Assembly: GCF_053078305.1 (NCBI RefSeq) | Contig: NZ_CP166879.1 | DNA length: 64,000 nucleotides | Reading direction: 5' to 3' (one strand) | In this document: in pieces, positions 1 to 10,147 of the stretch | Layout of the letters: each line of letters starts with the position of its first letter | How positions within the stretch are numbered: the stretch's first letter is position 1 | Notes under the pieces: generated by a model | What the model saw: only the letters and a program-made list of their open reading frames with translations | Told to the model about the DNA's origin: nothing | Databases searched by the model: none | Position numbers and translations under genes: made by a program

Positions 1-24
1 GACAGTGATTATGCTAAGCAACAT
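1..24 (-). CDS. probable start of the next colanic-acid gene (wcaE-like), partial, runs off window
   Basis: ATG at 22-24 on minus strand just downstream of wcaD stop; only 8 codons visible; position in wca gene order. Confidence 0.3.
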
Positions 25-34
25 GTTCTTATTC

Positions 35-1252
35 TTACCTCGTAATATTTAACGCTTTTCGCAAAATAAACGGACAGACGATTAAAAATGCATATTCCGG
101 GCTAAATATCGAACCGGTAAAAAACAGCGATACCGGAGTAAAAAGATATAATTGCACGCGAAAATTGCGGTTATCACCAAAAGCGTTGATCATCATTTTT
201 ATCACTTTCCCCATGTACCACAGCGATAAAAACACCGCAAACCAGGAAAAATAAATAATCAGCAGATACAAACCATTGTCTATGGTTTTTCCGACATCCG
301 CACCGTTAAATATTCCGAATGATGCGACATATTCATAAAGTGAGCCAAATCTAACTACACCGTCAATATGGGTCAAAGAATAACCGACCATCACCAGCGG
401 ACCGACAATACGATAATACGATGACGATCCTTCCGTACCTAAATCGCCCAGACGGGTGGAAATATAAGGAAACGCGATTACCACACCAACCAGGAATACA
501 GCCAGAGAAATCAATGCTAATGGTAACTTTTTCTTAATCGCCTCTTTATTCAGATATTGAAATGCCCACTCCAGCAAATAAAACAGGATAAAGGTCATAA
601 CCCCTGAAAACGATCCGGATAATATTATCCCTGCGAGAATCATAGCATCGGTTTTAGGCGTTTTGATACCAAACTGTTTGATGCTGAGCCAAATTGAGAT
701 TAATGCCAGAGCGAAAAATGCCGGTTCGAAATAAAGTGCTGTCGTGCGCTTGCCGCCGAATTTGATGAAATTCAGCACATAGCTGTTGCTGTAAATCAGA
801 TATTTCGAAATCGACTCCATAATACTGCTGCCACCGGTGAGGATAATTTGCGCCATCTCCACCGCCGCCAGCGCCACCACCAGCCCGACCACCAGATAAA
901 AGAAACGTAAAATCTTGCGATGGTTGTGTGGCGAAATCGTTTTAAAGCGAATACTCCACACCATGCCAATAATGATCACAATATAGACAAACAGCATGGT
1001 TGAAGTGACGTATTTACCGGCATCCAACGACTGACCAAACAGGTAGTTAAACGCCGTGAGTCCCGCGCCAATCCCCAGGGCAATCATCAATTTTTTAACG
1101 CTGATGCGTTCTAAAAACAGCAGTAACAAGACAGGTAAAAAAGTGACGATGGTGATGGGGAAACTTTCGCCAAGCTGGGCGATTTTGACGTTAACCAGCA
1201 GGTAGATCAGCGGCAGCAGCAGGTAGCTACAGATTCTGATAGAAGTTGACAT
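35..1252 (-). CDS. wcaD: colanic acid polymerase (Wzy-like polytopic membrane protein)
   Basis: 429-aa ORF, internal Met gives ~406 aa; highly hydrophobic multi-TM protein; position downstream of wcaC in conserved wca order. Confidence 0.8.
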   Translation of the reverse strand: MSTSIRICSYLLLPLIYLLVNVKIAQLGESFPITIVTFLPVLLLLFLERISVKKLMIALGIGAGLTAFNYLFGQSLDAGKYVTSTMLFVYIVIIIGMVWSIRFKTISPHNHRKILRFFYLVVGLVVALAAVEMAQIILTGGSSIMESISKYLIYSNSYVLNFIKFGGKRTTALYFEPAFFALALISIWLSIKQFGIKTPKTDAMILAGIILSGSFSGVMTFILFYLLEWAFQYLNKEAIKKKLPLALISLAVFLVGVVIAFPYISTRLGDLGTEGSSSYYRIVGPLVMVGYSLTHIDGVVRFGSLYEYVASFGIFNGADVGKTIDNGLYLLIIYFSWFAVFLSLWYMGKVIKMMINAFGDNRNFRVQLYLFTPVSLFFTGSIFSPEYAFLIVCPFILRKALNITR

Positions 1253-2444
1253 ACTCCTCCAGCATCTGTTGTCCACTGTAGGCGGCGCGGCTGCGTTGGC
1301 TGAACTCAGCCAGCGTGGTACCAAATATCGCCTGCGCGATTTCCGGTTTGCTTAACTGGACCAGTTGCAGCACCTCTTCTTCGCTGACGGTTTTACCGCC
1401 GGATTTTTGCAACACTTCACGCGCCGCGTCGCTATGGGTGGCAATCACCGGCACGCCAATTGATAACGCCTCACACAAAATCAGCGGGTAGTTATCGACG
1501 CGAGAACTGAATACCAGCGCATCCATCTGATTGAGCGCGCTCATCAGCTTACGTTTGTCGGTTTCAAAGCCGTGATTGACCACGTTGCCAGCGGTGAACG
1601 GCGAGAACTTACCGAAGGTATGCAGTTCGATTTTGTCGTCCAGCGCCATCATCTCGCGCACCAGGTGCTGGTTAGTTTTGCCGTCGTAACGCAGGTCATG
1701 CGCTACCACCGCGATTTTCGGCTTGCCCTGAGTTTCGCGCACCGGAGGCAAATCCGCCAGAATCGCCTCGGTTGCCATATCAATACCGTTATTGATAATC
1801 CGGCAACGCCCTGGACCGTACAGGCTATTGAAAGCGTCAGCCACATGCTGGCTGGGGGAAATAAACTGACAGCCCAGCGCCAGCATCTCACGGAATAACT
1901 GGCGTTTGCCCGCCACCAGCTGGTGCGCCCGATCAATCTTCACCGGCGGATAGTTATTTAAGGTCGGGCATTTCTGGCAGCCCGTTTTCCAGCCTTCACA
2001 ACCGTCGGTAAAGGCGCAGCGCCCGGTAACGCTCCAGTGGTCGTGCAGCGTCCAGACCAGAGTGACGTCCGGTTTATGGTTTTTCACCTTTTCGCAAAAG
2101 CGCACCACGCTCTTAAGATTTAGCCAGTAGCTGTGCAGCACATGAAAATGCAGGACCACCGGACCCGGTGTACGAGTAATGGTGCGATATAACTCATTGA
2201 AATTGCCAAACAGATCGCGATTAAACAGACGAAACAGGGCAATATTCGCCATTGCGGTCATCCGCGGCGTATGTTTGATGACCTGCGGATAGTTCTGATG
2301 GCTGACGCTCTCTTTGCCGCCTTTGCCGTAGCCGTAGACAAAATGTGACGCCAGCCCCTGTTGCAGCGCACGCTGGTGGAGATCTAACGCCACACCTGCC
2401 GCCCCGCCTTCCGCCAGTCGCACATTAAATTGCAGAATATTCAT
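1227..2444 (-). CDS. wcaC: colanic acid biosynthesis glycosyltransferase (GT family 4-like)
   Basis: 405-aa ORF; conserved position between wcaB and wcaD; overlaps wcaD start. Confidence 0.85.
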   Translation of the reverse strand: MNILQFNVRLAEGGAAGVALDLHQRALQQGLASHFVYGYGKGGKESVSHQNYPQVIKHTPRMTAMANIALFRLFNRDLFGNFNELYRTITRTPGPVVLHFHVLHSYWLNLKSVVRFCEKVKNHKPDVTLVWTLHDHWSVTGRCAFTDGCEGWKTGCQKCPTLNNYPPVKIDRAHQLVAGKRQLFREMLALGCQFISPSQHVADAFNSLYGPGRCRIINNGIDMATEAILADLPPVRETQGKPKIAVVAHDLRYDGKTNQHLVREMMALDDKIELHTFGKFSPFTAGNVVNHGFETDKRKLMSALNQMDALVFSSRVDNYPLILCEALSIGVPVIATHSDAAREVLQKSGGKTVSEEEVLQLVQLSKPEIAQAIFGTTLAEFSQRSRAAYSGQQMLEEYVNFYQNL

Positions 2445-2929
2445 TTAATTACCTTCACTCGCGCTTTTTCTCCCACCACCAGCGCGTTGTCCGGGACAGA
2501 GTCGAGCACCACGCTGCCCGCGCCCACGGTGACGTTGTTACCAAGCGTGATATCACCAAGAATAATGACGTTGGCACCGAGTTCGACGCCGTTGCCAATG
2601 TGTGGACATGCCATGTTATCGGCACCACGATTGCCGATAGTGACGCCGTGGCGAATGGTGAAATCATCCCCCGCTACCACGTTTTTATTGATCACTACGG
2701 CGTAACCGTGATGGATAGTAAAGCGGCGGCCAATGGTCGCGGCAGCCTGGATTTCATAACCGAAAAAGCATTCGGTGATAATGCGATACAGCACCAGCAG
2801 CGGGGCCGCCCACAGATTGTTGAGAACGTTCTTTTTGCGCCACACCGAACAAAAATGAGCGACGCGATAGGCAAGAACCATGCAGCACGGGCGTAAACTC
2901 CAGCTGTTGGCGCGTAGATCTTCCAGCAT
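2441..2929 (-). CDS. wcaB: colanic acid O-acetyltransferase (hexapeptide-repeat family)
   Basis: 162-aa ORF with left-handed beta-helix hexapeptide repeats (e.g. GDDFTIRHGVTIGN, GANVIILGDITLGNNVTVGAGSVV); 4-bp overlap with wcaC. Confidence 0.85.
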   Translation of the reverse strand: MLEDLRANSWSLRPCCMVLAYRVAHFCSVWRKKNVLNNLWAAPLLVLYRIITECFFGYEIQAAATIGRRFTIHHGYAVVINKNVVAGDDFTIRHGVTIGNRGADNMACPHIGNGVELGANVIILGDITLGNNVTVGAGSVVLDSVPDNALVVGEKARVKVIK

Positions 2930-2931
2930 AT

Positions 2932-3771
2932 TTAGCGCCCCCGAATACCATCAGCCAGACGTTTGCCGTTACGCACCGACAGCAGCGTCAGCAAAGTGCG
3001 CCAGGTCATACGTTTATTGCGGATCTGGTAGAGAGTAAACAGCTGATATTTTTTACTGGCACGGTCGAATTTGTCTTTGTGCTTGCGGTAAAAGTGGAAG
3101 TATCCGGAGAATTTTTTCGGTGACGAGGTGATCTGCATTTCGCCGTGATTGATATGCAGGATCTGCGTCGCCTCTTCCACTTTCCACGGTTCGCCATACT
3201 CCACCACCATCCGCAGGAAGATGTCGTAATCCTGTGCCGCTTTCAGTTCGGTATCGAACAAACATTCTTTGAAACGCCACGCCCAGGTAAAGACCTGATT
3301 GCCAATGATATTGCGTTTATAGAACAGGCGGCGTGAATACGGCGATTTGGGATACAGCGGCAAACTTGCTGGTTGGGAATAGACTTCGCCCTGGCAAACG
3401 TAGTCGTTAGCGTACAAAAAGGCGTGAGTGACCAGTTGCTGTTTATGGGCGAGGAAGACGCTCAGACGGTTGGGTGTCCATTCATCATCATCATCGATCC
3501 CGGTGATGTATTCCCCTTGCGCCAGCATAATCGCCTGGTTACGTACCGCGCACGCCCCGCTGTTAATGTCGTTGTGAATGTAGGTAATACGCGGATCGTT
3601 GAGGGCGGTGACGTACTGTTGCAGTTGTTCCCAGGAGGTGGAGCAATCATCCACGATGATCATCTCCCAGTTGCTGTAGTCCTGGCGCAGGACCGATTTT
3701 ATCGCCCGAATCGCCAGTTGTTGGCGGTTCCAGGTCGGCATATAGATTGAGATCAGCGGATTGTCTTTCAT
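2932..3771 (-). CDS. wcaA: colanic acid glycosyltransferase (GT family 2)
   Basis: 279-aa ORF; N-terminal GT2 signature (ISIYMPTWNR...IIVDDCS...DDDDEW); conserved order. Confidence 0.85.
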   Translation of the reverse strand: MKDNPLISIYMPTWNRQQLAIRAIKSVLRQDYSNWEMIIVDDCSTSWEQLQQYVTALNDPRITYIHNDINSGACAVRNQAIMLAQGEYITGIDDDDEWTPNRLSVFLAHKQQLVTHAFLYANDYVCQGEVYSQPASLPLYPKSPYSRRLFYKRNIIGNQVFTWAWRFKECLFDTELKAAQDYDIFLRMVVEYGEPWKVEEATQILHINHGEMQITSSPKKFSGYFHFYRKHKDKFDRASKKYQLFTLYQIRNKRMTWRTLLTLLSVRNGKRLADGIRGR

Positions 3772-3863
3772 AGGTTGTACTCCCGGCTTATGAGCTGGTT
3801 TGCTTGCCGGATGCGGCGTGAACGCCTTATCCGGCCTACGGGGCGGTGCGAATGCAGGCGTCG

Positions 3864-6026
3864 TTATTTCGCATCCGACTTATATTCGTATTCGTAATAG
3901 CCATAATCCTGATACGCGCTGGCGCGGCGGAAGATGGAGTTCAGAATCACCCCTTTCACCGGAATACCATTTTGCTCAAAGCGGCTCAGACTGGTTTCCA
4001 CTTCTTTCAATGTGTTGACCGCATAACGCGCCACCATTAACGTGGTTCCGACATGACGACCAACAATTGCGGCATCGGTCACTGCCAGAATCGGCGGCGT
4101 ATCAATCAACACCAGGTCGTAGTTTTTACTCGCCCAGTTCACCAGTTCGGCAAAGCGTTCGCTCATCAACAATTCAGAAGGATTTGGCGGTACCTGACCG
4201 CGCGGGATCAGGTCAAATTTGGCAATCGAAGTGGGTTTAGCAGCGGTAGTAATATCGCCCTGACCAATCAGAATTTCCGACAGGCCATTGACGTTATTGG
4301 TGCCCAACAGCTCGTGGGTGTAGCCTTTGCGCATATCGCAGTCGATCAACAATACGCGTTTATTAGTCTGGCTAATGACCGCCGCCAGGTTAGCGCAGAC
4401 AAAGGTTTTACCGATTGACGGGCTAACCCCGGTCATCATCAACACATTGTTCTGCGCCTGCATCATCGCGAAGTGCAGACTGGTACGCAGACTGCGGATG
4501 GCTTCAATCGCCAGATCGGTTGGATTCCCCACCGCCAGTAGCTGGCTCTGTTTATAGCGTTTAACTCCTTTGATGGTTTTGACGCTATCGCGCGCTTTCT
4601 GCCATTCCGACAACGGGATGCTGGCATAGACGCTGATACCGTGTTCTTCCAGCACTTGCGGGCTTTCAATGCCGCGATTAAACAACGAGCGCAGCAGTAC
4701 ACCCACGATAGAGAGCATCAGGCCGAGGATAATCGCCCCAAGGATAATCAGCCCTTTCTTCGGTTTCAGTACACCTGGCTGGGTGATTGCCGGGTCAACA
4801 ATGCGCACATCGCCGACGGTGCTGGCCTCGGTGATTTTCAGCTCCTGCTCTTTATTCAGCAGTTGCATATAGACCTGCTGACCAGACTCGACATCGCGGG
4901 TCAGACGCACAATTTCCTGCTGGGTTTTCGGCATCGCCGTTACGCGACCATTAAGTTTGGCTTTTTCGTCTTCCAGCGCCTGCCGTTTCTCCAGCAGCGT
5001 GCGGTACGCCGGGTGAACTTTGGTGTACAGCTTGGAGATTTCCGCCTCTTTAAAGGTCAGTTCGTTCAACTGCGCGTCGATGTTCACCATCGAATCGAGC
5101 ACCGCTTTCGCTTCCAGCGGCAGATCAACAGAATCTTTATCCTGACGGAAGGCATTCAGTTTGTTTTCGGCAACATCAAGGCGGCTACGTACTTCCGGTA
5201 ACTGTTGCGCGAGGAAAGCGAGACTTTTCGACGCTTCCGCCGATTTGCGCTCAATATTTTGTTCCTGATAGTTACGGGCGATGCTGTTAAGAATGTCGCG
5301 GATCTGTTCGCGATCTTCACCGGTATAAGTCAGGCTCAGTACGCCTGCGTCTTTGCCGTTCTCCGTTACCGTCAGGCTGTTTTGCAGTTGATTGATCATC
5401 CCCAGCGTGGAGTATTTGGTGACGGTAAACTCACTGCCCGGGCTGGCGTGAATGGCTTCAACCATCAGTGTGACGCCTTCTTTTTTCAGCATCTGGCCCG
5501 CTTGCCCACGGGCGCTAAAGCCGCCATCACTGCTCAGGGTGTAGTTTTTGTCATCCAGCACATTAAGCGTAAACACCTGATCCGCCATCTCTTTCGGACG
5601 GTTAAAGGTAGTCACTTTCACCGTCTCGTTCTGGCGTCCCATCAGGCGATCCCAGCCCGCACCGAAAATCGGGAACGTGTTTTTGCTCACCGCAATATCG
5701 AGGTCGAGATCGTCCACCGTTTTACCAAGCACCAGGCGCGAACGAATCAACTGGATCTCGGCGTCCGATGCTGGCGGTTTGTTGGCTAACGCCGATCCGA
5801 TATCCTGCACTAACGAATTGCCGCTGCTTTGCTCGATTTGTACCAGTGCGTCGGCACTATAAATCGGCGTGGCGAAGAAGGTGTAAACCACGGCACAAAG
5901 GGCGAATACAGCGGTGATGCCAATCACCCACCAGCGCGCTTCAATGACGGTGCCGACCAGGCGACCAATATCGATTTCATCACTGCCCGTTACCGGAGCG
6001 GCATGTTGTTTTACTTTTTCTGTCAT
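3864..6026 (-). CDS. wzc: tyrosine autokinase / polysaccharide co-polymerase
   Basis: ~720 aa from internal Met MTEKVKQH; Walker A GVSPSIGKT; C-terminal Tyr-rich tail YQDYGYYEYEYKSDAK. Confidence 0.9.
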   Translation of the reverse strand: MTEKVKQHAAPVTGSDEIDIGRLVGTVIEARWWVIGITAVFALCAVVYTFFATPIYSADALVQIEQSSGNSLVQDIGSALANKPPASDAEIQLIRSRLVLGKTVDDLDLDIAVSKNTFPIFGAGWDRLMGRQNETVKVTTFNRPKEMADQVFTLNVLDDKNYTLSSDGGFSARGQAGQMLKKEGVTLMVEAIHASPGSEFTVTKYSTLGMINQLQNSLTVTENGKDAGVLSLTYTGEDREQIRDILNSIARNYQEQNIERKSAEASKSLAFLAQQLPEVRSRLDVAENKLNAFRQDKDSVDLPLEAKAVLDSMVNIDAQLNELTFKEAEISKLYTKVHPAYRTLLEKRQALEDEKAKLNGRVTAMPKTQQEIVRLTRDVESGQQVYMQLLNKEQELKITEASTVGDVRIVDPAITQPGVLKPKKGLIILGAIILGLMLSIVGVLLRSLFNRGIESPQVLEEHGISVYASIPLSEWQKARDSVKTIKGVKRYKQSQLLAVGNPTDLAIEAIRSLRTSLHFAMMQAQNNVLMMTGVSPSIGKTFVCANLAAVISQTNKRVLLIDCDMRKGYTHELLGTNNVNGLSEILIGQGDITTAAKPTSIAKFDLIPRGQVPPNPSELLMSERFAELVNWASKNYDLVLIDTPPILAVTDAAIVGRHVGTTLMVARYAVNTLKEVETSLSRFEQNGIPVKGVILNSIFRRASAYQDYGYYEYEYKSDAK

Positions 6027-6028
6027 TC

Positions 6029-6472
6029 TTATACCTGCTCTGCGTTCAATGCCTGCGCCCACTGGCGGGCAGACCGTTCAAGTAATGTGTACACCGCTGC
6101 AAACGTTTCCCGGCTTTTGCGATACGGATCGGGGATTTCACATTCGTTATCCCAGTGACCAAACAGCATCACTTTGCCGCGCATCTCGGGTGCCATCTCG
6201 CATAAGCGTTCGATATGGCGCTTTTCCATGGTCAAAATCAGGTCATAGTTGCGACACAGGCGGCGGCTGATTTGTCGTGCACAGTGGCCTTCCAGAGACA
6301 GTTGATGTTCTGCGGCGACGCTGATAGCGGTAGGATCAGCGCCCTTACCGACCAGCGCGCCGAGTCCAGCGGACTCCACTTTCAGTTCCGGGTGATAACG
6401 TTGCAGTAAGCGTTCCGCCGTCGGGGAACGGCAAATATTGCCGACACAGACAACTAATATGTTGTTAAACAT
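6029..6472 (-). CDS. wzb: low-molecular-weight protein-tyrosine phosphatase
   Basis: 147 aa; N-terminal CVGNICRSP phosphatase P-loop motif. Confidence 0.9.
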   Translation of the reverse strand: MFNNILVVCVGNICRSPTAERLLQRYHPELKVESAGLGALVGKGADPTAISVAAEHQLSLEGHCARQISRRLCRNYDLILTMEKRHIERLCEMAPEMRGKVMLFGHWDNECEIPDPYRKSRETFAAVYTLLERSARQWAQALNAEQV

Positions 6473-6477
6473 GACGA

Positions 6478-7617
6478 TTACCAGTTATGAATGTCGCTGG
6501 CTGTATCCGTCATGTAACGGACACCGCTAATAGTTGGCAGCAACTGATTGATCAGACGGTTCCAGCGGGAAACCGGGGCGGTGGTGACATACACCACGTC
6601 ATAAGGTTGCAGGCGGAATTCTGTCGCCATCACCAGCGACGTGGCATCGGACATATCCAGCTGGTAGATATTGGCAATCTTGCCGTTACGCCCGCCCTCG
6701 CCTTTCAGCGGACGAATGACAAAGATGCCGCTGGCGTTGGAGGTGGTCATGTCGATGCCTTCAGCATTGCCCAGGGCTTCAGTCAGGGTCATGCCGCTAA
6801 AGTCCATTTTCAGGGTGCTCTGTTTCTTCACTTCACCCATCACAAATACTTTCAGATCATCATTACGTGGCACGTAGAGAATATCGCCGGGGTAAAGCAG
6901 GCGATTCTGGTTGAGGTCGCCGTTTTGCATCAGCGCCTGCAAAGAAATGCGCTCTTCACGACCATTGTGTGTTAGCACCACGTTGCGCCAGTCAGCGGTG
7001 TCGGTCAGGCCACCTGCGGCGTTGATGGCATCGAGAATGGTCAGTGGTACGTTGGTAATCGCCTGTTGACCGGATTTATTCACCTGGCCGGAGATATAGG
7101 CTTTTTGCGAGCGGAAGGCGGCGATATTAACGTCCACCTGCGGGTCAGCGATGTACGTCGCTAAGCGCCCGGTAATATCACTGCGGATTTCAGCGAGCGT
7201 TTTCCCCACGACGTGAACCTTGCCGATATACGGGTAGAACATGGTGCCGTCAGGCTGTACCCAGTTGCCGGTGTCGCTGGAACTGCGGTACTGACCAGCT
7301 GGCGTGGTGAGTTCCGGGTGATCCCAGACGGTGACATTAAGAACGTCGCCCGGCCCGACGCGATACTGGTAATTCGCGATCTCGCTTTCCAGCGTCATAT
7401 TGGGGCGCGCTACATTCGGGCGTGGGCGTAATTGGTCAATCAGGCGCGGGGTCAGCGGATACACATTCACCATTTTGTCGAGATCGAAATCAGCGTCCTG
7501 CTGTTTGATGACGTCTTTGCCCATCGTCGACATATTGCTGCCCGGAAGTACTGTGCAACCGCTTATCAAGGTTACTGACACCAATAATGGCATCAATTTC
7601 ATTTTGGATTTCATCAT
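6478..7617 (-). CDS. wza: outer-membrane polysaccharide export lipoprotein
   Basis: 379 aa; signal peptide with lipobox LISGC; conserved position upstream of wzb/wzc. Confidence 0.9.
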   Translation of the reverse strand: MMKSKMKLMPLLVSVTLISGCTVLPGSNMSTMGKDVIKQQDADFDLDKMVNVYPLTPRLIDQLRPRPNVARPNMTLESEIANYQYRVGPGDVLNVTVWDHPELTTPAGQYRSSSDTGNWVQPDGTMFYPYIGKVHVVGKTLAEIRSDITGRLATYIADPQVDVNIAAFRSQKAYISGQVNKSGQQAITNVPLTILDAINAAGGLTDTADWRNVVLTHNGREERISLQALMQNGDLNQNRLLYPGDILYVPRNDDLKVFVMGEVKKQSTLKMDFSGMTLTEALGNAEGIDMTTSNASGIFVIRPLKGEGGRNGKIANIYQLDMSDATSLVMATEFRLQPYDVVYVTTAPVSRWNRLINQLLPTISGVRYMTDTASDIHNW

Positions 7618-7794
7618 TGTTTATTTATCACTTTGGCAGAGTAATTATCCTGTGCACTATTAATAGCAATGTCGCCATGCACATTTACCTTGCAGTTAAT
7701 TGAATAAAAATTTAACTGGCATCAGTCCTAAAAAAATTGATTTCATCCGCAGGCTATTGACAGAATAATTCAGACTGGCTTTCAGGCATCCAGA

Positions 7795-7806
7795 CACGCT
7801 ACCGCC
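7795..7806 (-). promoter_or_regulatory. ops element (RfaH-dependent antitermination site, part of JUMPstart) in wza leader
   Basis: minus-strand sequence GGCGGTAGCGTG matches ops consensus GGCGGTAGnnTG, ~180 bp upstream of wza start. Confidence 0.6.
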
Positions 7807-8274
7807 CCTGGCTTTTTAGCTACCAATACACTGATTTAGCTTAATTTTTAAAACCCTCTCAACATACAGTCGTTGATGAGAAAGGGTTATTGCGGAAATT
7901 AACTTCCGAATATAAGGTGACATTATGGTAATTGAATATTGGCTCTCCAATAATGCAGGAGGAAGTGTTACAGCTAACGGAATAGCAGGCAAGGTAACAA
8001 TTCGGCAATTGGCTATTTTTAAGAATTATATTAAGTGTCATTCAATATGGTTTTTAGGAGTTTCTTTAGGTTGACAATATTTAATATTGCGTCTCCACAT
8101 GCGATATTTCTTAAATAATGTTTTATTATTACCACTTTTAATTCAGGGATAATGTGAGGTTATTACCCTCAAATAATATGAGATAAATAGTGCTGCAACA
8201 TTGCATTTTTGCCCCGATTTATCCATGATCGAATTGTGACATTTGTCATACAACGAATAGGTTTTGTACTTACT

Positions 8275-8898
8275 ATGGAATGGATTGCCGATCCGTCTAT
8301 CTGGGCCGGGTTAATCACGCTGATTGTGATCGAACTGGTCCTCGGCATTGATAATCTGGTCTTTATTGCCATCCTCGCCGAAAAACTACCGCCGAAGCAG
8401 CGCGACCGCGCACGGGTTACCGGGCTGTTGCTGGCGATGTTAATGCGCCTGTTACTGCTGGCGTCAATCTCCTGGCTGGTCACCCTGACTCAACCGCTGT
8501 TCAGCTTCCGCTCGTTTACCTTTAGCGCCCGCGACTTAATCATGCTGTTTGGTGGTTTCTTCTTGTTGTTCAAAGCCACGATGGAGCTGAACGAACGGCT
8601 GGAAGGGAAAGACAGCAATAACCCCACGCAACGCAAAGGTGCGAAGTTCTGGGGGGTGGTGACACAAATTGTGGTACTGGACGCCATCTTCTCACTCGAC
8701 TCGGTGATTACAGCCGTCGGGATGGTCGACCATTTACTGGTCATGATGGCCGCCGTGGTTATCGCTATCAGCCTGATGTTGATGGCCAGCAAGCCGTTAA
8801 CGCAATTTGTTAACAGTCACCCGACCATCGTTATTCTCTGCTTAAGCTTCCTGTTGATGATTGGCTTTAGCCTGGTGGCAGAAGGTTTCGGCTTCGTG
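8275..8898 (+). pseudogene. yegH: yegH (TerC-family membrane protein) 5' fragment, interrupted by prophage left end
   Basis: ORF begins [18 protein letters not shown]... and carries only ~208 codons of a ~527-aa protein before reading into phage end and a stop at 8899-8901. Confidence 0.8.
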
Positions 8899-9075
8899 TA
8901 ACCAGGTGAATCATTTGATACCAACGAGGGTTTTAGTGAAAGGAGGTGAAATCACCTGTAAGATACTGAAATAAAACAGGTGATACCAATGCGAGCGCGG
9001 AAAGTCTATTTGATACCGATTGTGCAATAATTAGTCGTTTATTCTAAAATCGGCAACACTTTTGATACTACGGAT
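8897..9075 (+). repeat. prophage left end (attL-like) with transposase-binding-site repeats
   Basis: TTTGATACC at 8914 and 9009, TTTGATACT at 9061, GTGATACCA at 8979; spacing (about 17, 112, 164 bp from terminus) resembles Mu L1/L2/L3; terminus begins TGTA. Confidence 0.6.
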
Positions 9076-9168
9076 TGACGCTTAAAATGGTTTTAAAAAG
9101 GCTTAAAACGCTTTTCTCCAGATTGTCTTTAAAGGAGTGTACCACAGCACAAAATTTGCACCACTCCC

Positions 9169-9729
9169 TTACGCACTAGCCTTTTTCTGGGTTACATTTA
9201 AATGATTAACCTTAGCTTCACATTCTTCATAAATCTCTCTTGCTTCAGAATCTGACATATCCTTTAACCTTAAAGCAAGCTCTCGGCGAAAACCGCTAAG
9301 TGCATGTAATTCCTGAATATTATCATCCAATAAGATCGTTAGAAAATCAGCCCCCTTTCTGCCAAGCAATCGGGCTAATTCTAGTTGCTCATCGGTGCTG
9401 AGAGAGGACAGAATTGCCGTAATTGTTTGATTTGCATTATCTAAATTACCTGCATCGACAGTTGAACAACATGGAGTGCTTGGGGTATTTTCATCAGAAC
9501 CAAAAGCTAACCAATTTAAACTCACGTGCTCTTTATTTGATATAAGGCAAGCCATTTTAAAAGAGGGTTCTGTGCCTTTGTGTATGTAGTTATTTAAGGT
9601 TGATACAGGAACCCCCCAATCCTTTGCTGCTGCCCTTACACTCCGCGTCCCGATCAGGCTTAGTAAGCGGGCTTTAAAACTTTCTTTTCCTGGTGCATCA
9701 AAAGAAAAATTTCCATTCTCTTCAATCAT
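9169..9729 (-). CDS. Mu c-type lysogeny repressor
   Basis: 186 aa, leftward gene next to left end, divergent from ner; N-terminal DNA-binding region; position identical to Mu Repc. Confidence 0.75.
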   Translation of the reverse strand: MIEENGNFSFDAPGKESFKARLLSLIGTRSVRAAAKDWGVPVSTLNNYIHKGTEPSFKMACLISNKEHVSLNWLAFGSDENTPSTPCCSTVDAGNLDNANQTITAILSSLSTDEQLELARLLGRKGADFLTILLDDNIQELHALSGFRRELALRLKDMSDSEAREIYEECEAKVNHLNVTQKKASA

Positions 9730-9914
9730 TTTTTCTTTTCCTCATAACATATTGAAATAAAAAGAGATAACCAAATAAAACCCACTTCAGCCCACGGAGA
9801 CAAAAGAAAAAGCTATTTTTGCTTTACATGGACTACATTTGGATCAATACTTGTATCAAACTTGATAACAAAATTTAGTTATCAAATTTCGTAACTTTTT
9901 AGGATAGATGAATC
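9730..9914. promoter_or_regulatory. early operator / divergent promoter region between c and ner
   Basis: AT-rich 185-bp intergenic region between divergent repressor and ner genes, as in Mu; individual sites not resolved. Confidence 0.45.
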
Positions 9915-10145
9915 ATGGCGAGAAATGAAGTTAAGCCTGATTGGCATCCTCAAAGAATCTTGGGGGAAGTCAGAGCCAGAGAAGGAAGTATGAGGGCGCT
10001 GGCCCGTAAAGCTGGCGTAGGTCAGAACAACCTGTACAACGCGGTATACCGTCATGTTCCCAAGTATGAGGGGATTATTGCGGAATGCCTAGGTGTGCCA
10101 CCCGAGGAGATTTGGCCCAGCCGCTACATTCGTAAGGTCGCGTAA
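9915..10145 (+). CDS. ner: Ner-like DNA-binding protein
   Basis: 76 aa; first gene of early operon; HTH region LARKAGVGQNNLYNAVYR typical of the Ner/Nlp family. Confidence 0.8.
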   Translation: MARNEVKPDWHPQRILGEVRAREGSMRALARKAGVGQNNLYNAVYRHVPKYEGIIAECLGVPPEEIWPSRYIRKVA

Positions 10146-10147
10146 TT

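Noticed and set aside
4641-5201. Plus-strand ORFs (186 aa and others) inside wzc
   Set aside because: Antisense to a well-supported conserved gene, no ribosome-binding site, composition typical of reverse-frame artefacts in GC-rich coding DNA.
8007-8030. Possible RcsAB box upstream of wza (TAAGAATTATATTAAG)
   Set aside because: Only approximate match to the remembered consensus and I cannot verify the spacing to the promoter; not reported as a feature.
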